The notes below the pieces were generated by a model that was not told the DNA's origin, did not search any database, and saw only the letters and a program-made list of their open reading frames with translations. Shown here one piece after another: positions 23,864-36,186 of a stretch of 64,000 nucleotides of DNA. The translations under genes and the position numbers were made by a program. Source of the stretch: Phallusia mammillata. Lineage: Eukaryota. Each line of letters opens with the position of its first letter. Positions within the stretch are counted from its first letter, which is position 1. Location: positions 2,108,001 to 2,172,000 of the forward strand of contig OZ281494.1 in assembly GCA_965637545.1 (NCBI GenBank), in the 5' to 3' direction.

Positions 23864-26800
23864 ATGACAGGCAAATACAGCAAACTGGCTTTGTGTGTTT
23901 TCTTGCTGTTAGTAAACGTCGTCCAAGGTACGTTGTCCATTGTTGAATGTAACAATAATTTAAATGCCAAAAAAATACAAACGATATATTAAAGCAAACT
24001 GTAAGAAGGTTTCGAAAAACTTCTAAAAAATTAAATCCTTTATTGTACTACAGTATGCTCTCAAACAAACTGCGCACGATATGAGGACAAAGAGGGTTAC
24101 AGAAGATGCTTTGGTGAGCTAAATCTAAAAATAATATAAATGGATTAACACTTGAATATTTTGTCCTATAGTGTGTGATGCTGATGGATACAGAAATATT
24201 AGTTCTGCAGACGGAGGAAAAATGCGGAGATTTCGTGTCGACTTTTGTAAAATAGAAAGTAATCAGTAAGTAGTTTTAAACAATACAGTTTGTTGTGCAA
24301 CGGTGATAATTCTGAGATGCAGAAATGAAACCCGCAACAACGTTGTTAGTTTGCTAGTTGAGTCCAAATTAACATTGAGAGTACTATCGAAGAATTAGTC
24401 ATTTAACTTTGTATTATATAAATTAACTTATTTGGGAACGTACCTAGCTATACCTTCCACGACAGTTTGAAATCCGCTGCTTGAAAATCACAATATTTTG
24501 CATTTCATTGTGTTCGGGAAGAAACTGCGCTAGCTACAACGTGACATCAAGCTGCATCAAACAAAAGAAACATCATCAGAGGGTGCGAATGATACGAGGC
24601 ACTTGTCGCAAAAAGACTGAATGTCAAATTCCTTCAGGAGCTTGGAGAAACGGACGCTACATGTTGATAACATTCTCATGCAAAGGATGTGGTGGTAAAT
24701 ACCTTTGAAATGCATAGCTCCCTTTTTAAGTATTTTCAAATCTTATCCACTTATATCTTCTATATATCTTATAAACAGTTGTATGCCTCGTAAGTTCGAT
24801 TAATGAAAATGTTTAATTGACGATAACCTATATCACATCCGCGTATTTTTAACACTAACCTAGATTTTGCATCGGAATTTTAATGTTTAGATGTGACGTT
24901 AAAGATATTATACTACTATTCTTTTTTGGGGCTTATAGCTATCGTTACCTTAAGTAACTTTTAATATTATCTCGGAAAAATGTTTTACAGATAGCTGTAG
25001 AAAAGAAGACATCGAATTTGAAGGGGAAATTAATTCGTATGAAGCTCTGAACATGCTCACCGAAACATCCCTGATCTACCAGGATAAAAAATCTGAGGCA
25101 AGAAGGTTTAACAAAACAACACCCAATTTTGGTCCTTATTTGTCGGTTGATGACGTTCAACTCAATAATACCTCCACCAGTTCCACTTTGCCATTCGTTG
25201 CTGCTTTGTCGGTCATCAACATCAACTCTTCTAGCAAAGAGCTTTTCAACAACCTGACGACTGAACTGACAACAAAAAGATTAACTGATGTTCTCGCAAT
25301 AGACGACCTACCCTTGGTCTCTATAGTCGTCGATGAAGAAAATGATTTGGAAGATTCGGATGATTCGAAAGATTTGGATGATTCAGAAGATTTATTTCAA
25401 ACCAAAGTGGCATTTTCTTTGTCGGTTCCAGGCACCACAAACTTTAAAACAGAAATAGAGCCAAAGTTAATGAAGAAAGCTGGTGGTAGAGATGTTCTTG
25501 TCAAATCAGTCAATTGGATTTGCGTTTTCATTGACCCTGAAACGTATGTGTTTTCAAGGAATGGCTGCGCACTGACAAGTAGTGTGAATAGATCACAAGT
25601 TTCATGTGCTTGCAATCACACCACCATATTTAGTGTGCTTCTTGCTGTGGACGCTGTCATTTTACCAGCTTACATTAAGGTAAATCAAATGCATGGGTAT
25701 ACAGACATGAACGTTGAACACGGCTATATCATCAGTGTATAAACACGTATATAATAAAGCAAACTTCAAAAGCAACATTGTTATTAGTACTTTGCTCAGT
25801 AGTTTGGGAACATTGCTTAAATTATTGGGACTTTAAAACACAAACTTTTTTATCAGATCCTGTCTTACATCACTGAAAGCACAACGGTTTTGCTTCTTAT
25901 TATTACTGTCATCACAATCTTCAACGTCCGCCATGCGATCGTGAACGACCGAATCTTTGTTCAAATCAACTTGTCACTGGCTCTCATGATCTTCCACGCA
26001 CTCAATTTAATCCATGACGTCGCTATGACGTATCCACTGCTGTGCGAGGCTCTGGCGGTTGCCATGCACTACTTCCTGCTGTCTTCCGGTAATATTCTGT
26101 CTCAATAACACGCAACAGGGTTTACCTATAGTTTAATGAAAGGATAATCAACACGTTTTAACACCAAGACATAAGCGAGGTCATCACCTTTTGAAGACAC
26201 GGCACCAGAGTGATTTTCAATACTATACAACTAATAATCCACGTCAATTTAAAAAAATAAAATTTAGGGTTATTTTCCAAAATAAAATTAAACTGTTCAC
26301 GAAAATATGAATCTAAAAGGTACAAACTTTGTTTGATCAACAGTGCTGTAATGTTTTTTTGAAAAATCATGATAATTGTGAACTCTGTGCAACACTGGTC
26401 TACAAACTAAAATAAACTTGGATGTAAGTTTAGAAAAATACATTTAGTCGTTTACGGTTTATATTAAGCTCATTAGTCTTCATCCACCAATTTAAGCACG
26501 GACTGGGTAATTCTAGCTTCAAGTTTTGATTACGAGCATTGTTTGAATAAACTTATATTGAATGTTGTTCAACAGTGTTCTGGATGTTGGTGGAGGGAAT
26601 CACACTTGCCATGAAAACTTCGTCCAAGTCTCTTCAATTCAACGCGATCAACCCGACCAAGCTGAACGTCATCAGAGCTCTCGTCGGCTGGGGAATCCCC
26701 TCAATCATTACAGCAGCAGCAGCAGCAGTGGTTGGTTTCGTCTTCACAGAGAATTACCTCCTTCCAAGTGCGGTGTATCAAGCAGGATTCAACACTTCCA

Positions 26801-27815
26801 TGTACGACAATACCCTGCGTTGTTTCCTCGACCATCAATCCCATCCCTTCTACTGGTCGGTGATTGGTCCGATCTGTCTCTGCATTCTCATCAACCTTCT
26901 CATTCTCGTCCACGTGGTTGTCTTTATTTCCCGCCTAAACGCTGACCAACCGCGCCGAGGCCGCGTCCGTCGCCCAAACGCGCATGAGAAAATCACAAGG
27001 AAGGTCAAGATTCTTGTGGTGGGTGACATCGCAAAGAAGTTGCTGCTGCTCACTCCTGTCATGGGAATCCCACTAGTGCTAGGAATATTTGTAGGTAAGG
27101 ATATTTCTGTCACTTCTGCGCGCTACTCACGAGTTCCAGTCCCTATATGCTTAACAATAAAACAGGATGAGACCATAGTGGGCACATCTAAGGTTTCTTC
27201 CGAAAGATTAAGTGTATGCTTAAACACCCAAAAACACACAAATTGGTGTACGGCCACAACGTGCACATCTCTTGTTACCTACAGTCGTCCTTAGTGTACT
27301 GAGAGTGTTCGTGTGTGTGTGCTCAAACACATGAAAAACTTTGCTGCACATAAACTGGTGTGTGGCCACAGCGCGCACATCTAATGTTGCTCACAGTGGT
27401 CCTCAGGGCACTAAGGGAGCTTGCGTGTATGCCCAGATACATGAAAAACTTTGCTCATAAACTGGTGTAAATAGCAGCGTGGTTATTTAATGTTACTCTA
27501 AGTGGTCCTCAGTGTACTCAGTGAGCTTGTGTGTGTCAAGAAACATTAAATCAAGTTTACATCGGTTGACTACCATAAACGTTTTGCTTCACCAGCAATT
27601 CGCAACACCAAATTCATAAAAATACAACACATTTCCATCCTATTATTATTGCAGGGATAGGTTCAACTGAGAGCAACGAGTTCTTCATGTTCACCAATGT
27701 GACGGTGAACGGATTGCAAGGTTTATTCATCTTCATCATCTACTGTGTGATGCAAGAAGAAGTTAGAGAAGCTGTGAAGAGAGCTTGGTCGCGGTTCCAG
27801 TGCGCATATGGCTAG
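23864..27815 (+). CDS. Adhesion GPCR copy B, 663 aa
   Basis: Exons 23864-23927, 24054-24113, 24172-24265, 24522-24694, 24991-25679, 25857-26088, 26576-27094, 27655-27815 (1992 nt, phases consistent, no stops). Same motifs as copy A. Confidence 0.92.
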
Positions 27816-28369
27816 AAAACTTAATTTACCATTTGCATCACGTCGCAAAACACAATGTGTATGATGACAAAAGTGACGGAGCTTACTTACAAGCTCATTT
27901 TCAAATAAAGGATGTTTTCTAGAAATGTAAAGCAGGAATAATTACATCTCTGGAAAGAAAAACTAAACTAAACTAAAAGCTGAAAAACCTTGACTCCTTT
28001 GCTGTAAGTAACCAAAACCTATTTATGCTGTTACATGGTCTCGTGTAAAAATGCACAATCTTTTGACATTGACCACTAAAATACTGTAGCAGATATCTTC
28101 ATAGTCATTGTTTAAGCCTACAAATGCAGCCTGGATTTTTTTTTTAATCCAGGCAATATTTTTGGTCCAAACGAGTCGGGAGTAACCGAAGTTTACTGCA
28201 GCTTAGCGCAGCTGACGTATATATGTAAATATCTGATCAAAGCATGTTTATTGTGCATTTTTCATTGGTGTATTTGATTAACAACCAGACGTTGGAAGCA
28301 AAAAAATTATTTGCACATTTGTTTTACAATCTCTTATGCTAGTTAAACCGAAATTCGGAAAGCGCTATT

Positions 28370-28584
28370 AACATGTCGGAAACTGATAGGTTGACAATGA
28401 ATATTTGAGTGCATTTATTTACACAACTATCTGTTATCCGGTTCATATATGACTTTCTGAAGGTGCTTGCAACCACTAAGATATTCCCAATCAATGCAAG
28501 GATGCCCATGATCCATATAAACGCAGTCAAAATAGGGTTGGCAATCATTTCTTTCTGATTGGAGAAAACAGTGTTACGAGAGCT
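28370..28584 (-). pseudogene. 215-bp inserted fragment of the LDLa-GPCR coding sequence (copy of 30146-30360)
   Basis: Matches the hinge-TM1-ICL1-TM2 coding segment of copy 1, flanked by a 110-bp direct duplication (28260-28369 / 28585-28694). Confidence 0.9.
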
Positions 28585-29214
28585 TTTCATTGGTGTATTT
28601 GATTAACAACCAGACGTTGGAAGCAAAAAAATTATTTGCACATTTGTTTTACAATCTCTTATGCTAGTTAAACCGAAATTCGGAAAGCGCTATTTGGCGG
28701 CTACAAACTCCTAGTTACTATGCTTTCGACTCTTTCCTCTTCAGCGGGTGCACACGTGTTTCTACATTTATTCTCATAAAAATGTGACTGTTAAACTCCA
28801 GCTGCTAAACTTTGGGCATCGTGTTATAGAAGGTTCTTTTGTAATATTTGCGACACTATTTTTCTTGTGCTGTACATTTATTTACATTTAAACACAAAAC
28901 AAACAAAAACAACAATTGCTGCATGATTGACATCAACTGAAGCAACATTTAACACAAATACAACAACTTATCTTTTCTAGGCCATGCTTTCTCCCAGGGC
29001 TAGAAAATTTGTACAGATGAATAAAGTAGTTTTTTTTTACCTCGCCGCCATTGTGCAAGAGTGCAACTTGCAAATCAAGTTCTAAACTATAGTGCATAAT
29101 GACAAAGCCTTAAAGCTCTAAAACAGACACATTGATCACAAAGTGCAAAGATAGAATGTTTGGGAAACACTGGAACAAAACAACAAGTTATGAACAAGGA
29201 TTAAGCATGAAGCT

Positions 29215-32200
29215 TCAGGTAGTAACCATTTCTGTAGTCGTCCGCACCTCAGAAACAACTCGAATTTTTTTGCATTTATCCAATGCGTTGTCAATTACAG
29301 AAGAATAAAGCAACGGATTGAGGGCGCTGTTGATCGGAAGCAAAACAGCAGCTGCAAGCACATAAACGATATCCGACAATACTACACCACCAAGCGACAG
29401 ATAACTGAGGATGCAAATCGGAATCCAGCAACAGAAATCGGTAAGAAGCAATCTGGAAATGCGCTTTTGCATTTTGGCGCTCGTATCATTGCTTTTGGAC
29501 TTGGCCATGCGATTGCTGCGTCGATAAATGAGGACATAAGCGGCAACCATGAAAATAAACATGATGAAATTCAATGTGATAATAAACAGTGAATATCCCC
29601 AAGCTGAATGGCTTTCTGAAGCAAAGAGTCTCGGCAAACACACGCTGGTTTTGGCGTAGTAACCAAACTCTCCTTTGATTGATTGCCCTGGCATGTTAAT
29701 GTCGATGACTCGTTTAGCATCAAGCCATGATAGCACGGTGCTGTTGGTGGGTGACATACGTTGTGCCAAAAGCATTGCAGCTTCAAAAGAAACAAAATCA
29801 CGTTTGTGAACAAAATTAGGAAACCAGATTGTTGTCACAAAGTAACCAGATGCAAAATTAATTGTGGGAATGATGGCAATGAACAAAGAGACACACCAAG
29901 TGAAGAAACACCCCAATATAATCCATTTAGGCCCTAGAGACATAGTAAGAAATGGGTTCCACACAGACACAAGTCGATAGACTGATATCAATGCCATGGT
30001 TAAAGCCGATGTTTGAGATGAAATGACACACAATGCACCTAGGATCGAGCATTGTGTGCTTGATCGCCACTCAGAATCAAAATAACAATAGCTTCCTGAG
30101 AACTGGGCACTTTTAGCTGCAACAGCAAGTAAATAGATTCCCATTAACATGTCGGAAACTGATAGGTTGACAATGAATATTTGAGTGCATTTATTTACAC
30201 AACTATCTGTTATCCGGTTCATATATGACTTTCTGAAGGTGCTTGCAACCACTAAGATATTCCCAATCAATGCAAGGATGCCCATGATCCATATAAACGC
30301 AGTCAAAATAGGGTTGGCAATCATTTCTTTCTGATTGGAGAAAACAGTGTTACGAGAGCTGACAGGTGGGCATTCGTCACTGCCGTCCGAGCAGTCTTTG
30401 ATTCCGTCTTCCTTTTCTGTAATGGGCACTGAGAGTGGATTCCCATTAAGACAATAAAATCTCTTATTCTTACAACGATCCTTTGCCTCATCCGATTTAT
30501 CGTCACAGTCGTAGTTTCCATCGCAAACTTTCATGACGTCAATGCTTATGAAATTTCCACTGCTGCAAATATAGCGTTTGGGACAAAGTGATTCGTTGTA
30601 ATATCCGCGATGTATACCATCACACACCCATGTGGGACTTGACATAAACTCAGGGTCATTGCAGAAAGCTGCTGGATTGGGGCAACTTTCGCACTCATCC
30701 CCTGAACCAAAACATTCAGGTCTTCCATCGCATGCTACACCATATGTAAGGCTTCCGCTGCATAAGGTCAAATCAAGTTGTGGATAGCAATATTTGGTGT
30801 TGCTCATGTTCAAGCAGTTTACATCTTGGTTGCACAGCACAGAATCTATTGGAAGGCAATCTGTTTGGTTGTAGCAGTGCATATGACCTGGTGGACAAGT
30901 TGATTGAGAATCGCCAAGGACGGCTTTGCACACCGTCTGATTCTCGCACAAACATTCATCTGACAGGTCGTAGCAGTCAATTACACCATCGCACACCTGA
31001 TTCTTTGAGATAACTAGTCTCTTGTCCAGGCAAAGGAAGCATCGAAATTCTCCGTTGACGAAACACAGATCTGATTTGTCAGCGCACTGGGCATCTTGAT
31101 CGTAGAGATTGATTTGGGGCAAGTTACATGGAAATGTAAACCAATATCCAAGACATTTGAAACTCGGGTGTGTTTGGATGTGGTTATCCCATGAAAATAT
31201 TGAGAAACAGAAGAAAAACATAGCGTTCATAATTTTGTTGTTATAATCCCGATAAAAAACCGGAGGTGCTGTCAGTACCCCGTCAAGAGGTTGGCATTGA
31301 GGAATGCTGCACATCCAGTAATCATCAGTACAAACTTGATCCTTGTGTCCTTGACACGGCCTGTGATGCTGAATGCAGTGTGAAGAATTGTTTGCTTGAT
31401 ACATCATAAATCTCTCCATCGATTTTTTACTGGTGCAATTAAATAAATAATGTCCGCAGTTTATGTCGTAAAGATCGGCCCACAACAGACAAGGTTCATC
31501 GCTTTGATCAATGCAGTCCGGTATACCATCGGCCACCGTTGTGTTAGGTATGCATTGCCCAGTAGTCGGACATATCTGTTCACCATAGATGCATCCACAC
31601 ATTACTTGATCACCACTACATGTGCAATTGGTTTCGTCGCTGCTGTCATCGCAGTCCAACTTCCTGTTGCATTTTAAAGATAAAGGAATGCATTTAGAAT
31701 CGCACTCAAATTCATGTTCCCAGCAAGGGCAGTTGGAAAGGACTTCATCGCTGTAATCTTTACAATCATCGATCCTGTCACATACCTTCGAGCTTGGCAA
31801 ACAGCCACTCAATCCAGCACATGTGTTACTTTCATAACATGCACATTGAAACTCATCAACTGGGCAAGTGCAATTCACTTCGTCTGTTCCATCTAAGCAG
31901 TCGTAGACTCCATCACATATTTGTGTCTTTTCATAACATCCCAATCCATATGTGCAATTACTGTCTCTTGGAAAACAGCCGCATTGGTATTGGTTTGCGT
32001 TACACGCTGTTTTGTTGAATGCATCACACAAGTCGACAGGAAAACAATGATACGAATCAACTGTAGATGAACTGTTGTCTGAGTTTGTTGGTGGGCATCC
32101 ACAAATCGCTTTGGGTTAGCAATATTGGTGCCAAAGGCGACATTGTTCTAAAAAAGAAAATCGTTGCAGTTACACGCGCTGCTAAAATTTGATAACCATA

Positions 32201-32615
32201 ATTTAGTTTCAACAGTATACAAAAAAAGCAACCATTTCCATGCTACACTGCAGAACAAATGGAACTTAGTAAACAATTGCAGACATCATTATCATCAATA
32301 CATCTTAGACTTTCTGTGGCAATATCTTAGACATGATTGGCTGGTCTTTGACACAAGTGAATTAGCTTGGGCCTTAGGGTATTAAAGTAAAAGTATAAAT
32401 CGTTGATCTAATTATGCAATGTAATGCGCCCAATTTGCTATTGCAAAGGCCTATAGAAAGGCGCTGGCAGCTATTGCGAAATAATGACTTATTTCAACTA
32501 CTAATCAAAGACTACATACATAACTTAATATTTACTTACCGTAAGTTTCAAGCCCGTCCGATGGGAACTTTTTAATCAACAGAACCAAAGAAAACAACAC
32601 AACAGTCCTAATCAT
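29215..32615 (-). pseudogene. LDLa-repeat GPCR copy 1, nonsense codon early in exon 2
   Basis: Signal exon 32615-32540 (MIRTVVLFSLVLLIKKFPSDGLETY, donor GTAAGT), exon 2 32147-29215 after TTTTTTAG acceptor; in-frame TAA at 32118-32116 where copies 2 and 3 have TAC (QYC-Y-P). The rest of the frame is open. Confidence 0.72.
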
Positions 32616-35002
32616 TTTATTCATTGATCTGAAGCACAAAAGAAGACACAGTTTTTTTAAGCAGAGCAAAGTTTGCGTAAAAGTGTTTTCAAAAATATTT
32701 CTTATTTTTTTTTTATTTTTACGATTTTTTTTAAACCTTATAATTACTTGCTCAAAAACAGTCCCGACAAATTTCGCCTAACTGGCCTAAACCGATCAGC
32801 GAGGCTTTGTTACAGCATATGCGGAAACAATTCGTACTTAAGCTTGACATATCTGACACAATATGAGCGTCATGAACACTGTTACGCGTAGATGTTAATA
32901 CCTACAAAACAACAACGCCCTTTTTGACTAAAATAGCGTCATAGTGGTTGATTGTTGCACGTACTGAATATTTCATTTTATATCGGTTTACGTTTTATTA
33001 GTCACATGCTTTTCATTTAATTTGATGTGATTGTTTCATTTCGTCACATATTAATGAATGAATCACATTGTGTATGTTGAGTAATGATGTTTTTTGCATG
33101 TACTGTACATTTTATTAAAAGCTAGTTTGTAAAAGCTTCCTATTATTTGTCATCAAGGCCAAAAGGTTGAACTCTATTTTACTTTGCTTTGCTGTTTTGT
33201 TCGATTTCTGGTTAAAACTAAGGGATTACTTTGCAAACTTCGACTCAACAAACGCCAACAATCAATGATAAGTAATAAAACTGCAATATTTATCAATCTT
33301 TGCGTATTTTTAAATAGTAAATAATAATAGCTGCAAACAGCAATACTTTTTTTGTATTTAACGTTTTTTTGGCTTTTATGTTTTCTTTTATTGTTGTTTT
33401 CTTTAGGACGAAAACTGATTTAACTGATGCTGAAGACGGATCCGTCGGTCACTGCTCTGTTACACAGGCTAATTCTGTAATATGTTAATACATATTACAC
33501 TTAGTAATTATCTGAGTTAAAGCAACAATCTTAAATGATTGTAAGCATCATTGCTATCGATCTGGGACAAGACGTAAGGACGATTGGACACAGGTCGCGA
33601 TTATTTTTAGCAACTTTTTACAAGCGAACCTAACCAAATGTCAATTGATGCAACTGATGTCATTTAGTTTATTATGAAGCTGTTGGCAGATGATAAACAT
33701 TTATTATTCTTATCCTCCAACACGTTGTTTATTTTAGAAAGATTCTTGCAGTTAGTGTAAAATTTTAACACAAAATTTTTCTTTTTTTCAAGGACTGATG
33801 GTTTCATGAAAAAATAAAACTACTTTAAATAAACTAACGGAGAGAATTTTTGCATAACTTTCCACCAGTTTTAAAAAATATGTAAAAATGATCCGAAATA
33901 ATTTGTCCCGCTAATAAATCTGCTTTAACATAATCTTATTATGGCGTAAACCCATGCTAAAATGTATTTTGGTGGCTATGTTCTTAAGAAGCAATGCATT
34001 ACTTACTTTTAGATTTTAGTTATTCAATTCAAATGAAATTTCTGTGTACAAATTTTGTGTTTCTGTTCTATAACTTCTTATGTAAGAACACTGTAAAATC
34101 CATATATCCTGTTTACAACGCTAATAGTAAAATATCTTTCCACTCTTACACCAGTATGTTATGTAAAAATAAGAGCTTGATATGCATGTTGGTTCGTAAA
34201 GAGAAAGTTTTATCGTAGAAATGAATCATTGTAACATATGTACAAAAGAAATAAAACGGCGTTGACTAATCAGATTGCGCAATTACATCTGGTCTACATG
34301 AATATATGACGTACACGATGAGTTTGTATGTATTATTCAATTCAGCCCACAAAACTAATTAGGTTTAAACCTTTGACGCATGTTTTGCAATGTTACGCCC
34401 AGTGTCAAGCTTTGTTTCAAATTGGGTGAGTCATCACAAACACTTTATACCGTGCAATTTAGAAGCAGAAGTGTAGTACATTGACATTATGCATTAATTG
34501 CTCGCGCACACCCGACTGACGAGCACGTTCCCAAAAGTTGACGTTTTCAAATTCCCACATTAGTGTTAAAAGACGCACAACACGCTTCTAAACATCCCAT
34601 CAAGGAACTTTCAATGTTGAATATGCTTGTATTTTAAAAAGTGTTTAATTTTTAACAACAACGCTTTTTGAAGATAGATCATGGTAGGACAGCCTTAATG
34701 AATGATTACACTAATTTAAACCGACCTCTTAAGTATTACCATACAAGTGTCCCTTGTCAAAGATAGATTGGCAGCGTTGTTTACTAGAACCAAACAGGAT
34801 ATATTTGTTCGGTTCTCACGCATATCAGTGTTGGTCACTCACTACATTTGAGAATTAAAACTGTCATAATGCATTGGTAACTGCCATCTTCAACACAGGA
34901 AATTTGAGAACGAAATTATTACAGCTCAAAAGGGTCTAAAAACGTTTTTACAAGCTAGTGTTTTTTAAACAAGTAAAGATAAATCATGCATCCAAATTGT
35001 AC

Positions 35003-35098
35003 GGTTTATTCATCTTCATCATCTACTGTGTGATGCAAGAAGAAGTGAGAGAAGCTGTGAAGAGAGCTTGGTCGCGGTTCCAGTGCGGATATGGCTAG
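35003..35098 (+). pseudogene. Orphan 3' part of the aGPCR last exon (GLFIFIIYCVMQEEVREAVKRAWSRFQCGYG*)
   Basis: Near-identical to 22055-22150; lacks the acceptor, fused out of frame to the pentraxin ATG at 34986. Confidence 0.88.
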
Positions 35099-36186
35099 AA
35101 AACTTAATTTTCCATTTCAATCACGTCGCGAAACACAATGTGTGTGATGACGAAAAGTGACTGGGAGCTTACTTACAAGCACATTGTCAAATAAAGAATG
35201 TTTTCTACAAATGTGAGGCCGGAAAAAATTACATCTCTGGAAAGAAAAGCAAAACTAAACTAAAAGCTGAAAATCCTTGACTCCTTTGCTGTAACTAACC
35301 AAAACCTATTTATGCTGTTACATGGTCTCGTGTAAAAATGCACAATCTTTTGACATTGACCACTCAAATACTGTAGCAGATATCTTCATGGACTTTGTAT
35401 CAGCCTACAAATGCACCCTGGTTTTTTGCCAAATCCAGGCAATATTTTTGGTCCAAACGAGTCGGGAGTAACCGAAGTTTACTGCAGCTTAGCGCAGCTG
35501 ACGTATATATGTAAATATCTGATCAAAGCATGTTTATTGTGCATTTTTCATTGGTGTATTTGATTAACAACTAGACGTTGGAAGCAAAAAAGGCCGAATA
35601 GTTGCAGAATTATTTGCACATTTGTTTTACAATCTCTTTTCTCAGTTAAACCAAAATTCGGAAAGCGCTATTTGGCGGCTACAAACTCCTAGTTACTATG
35701 CTTTTGACTCTTTCCTCTTCAGCGGGTGCACACGTGTTTCTACATTTATTCTCATAAGAATGTGACTGTTAAACTCAAACTGCTAAACTTTGGGCTTCGT
35801 GTTATCGAAGGTTCTTTTGTAATATTTGCGACATATTTTTTTACGATGTACATTTATTTACATTTACACACAAAACAAACCTAAACAACAATTGCTGCAT
35901 GATTGACATCTACTGAAGCAACATTTAACACAAATACAACAACTTATCTTTTCTAGGCCATGCTTTCTCCCAGGGCTAGAAAATTTGTACAGATGAATCA
36001 AGTAGTTTTTTTACCTCGCCGCCATTGTGCAAGAGTGCAACTTGCAAATCAAGTTCTAGACTAGAGCATAATGACAAAGCCTTAAAGCTCTAAAACAGAC
36101 ACATTGATCACAAAGTGCAAAGATAGAATGTTTGGGAAACACTGGAACAAAACAACAAGTTATGAACAAGGATTAAGTATGAAGCT

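Larger units (their letters stand above)
15980..29212 (+). repeat. Tandem duplication of the adhesion-GPCR unit (about 15980-23213 and 23228-29212)
   Basis: Upstream region, 8 exons, introns and 3' block are colinear between the two units. Confidence 0.92.

Noticed and set aside
28339-28590. 83-aa ORF as an independent small gene
   Set aside because: It is the templated fragment of the LDLa-GPCR CDS with a start borrowed from flanking DNA.
32029-32031. ORF-track starts at 32031, 39003 and 46018 as true initiators
   Set aside because: These are TTG/GTG codons inside exon 2; the real ATG is in the upstream signal-peptide exon.
32290-32390. Conserved block in the LDLa-GPCR intron as an extra coding exon
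   Set aside because: Each frame tested has a stop in at least one copy, and the signal exon already joins exon 2 in phase.
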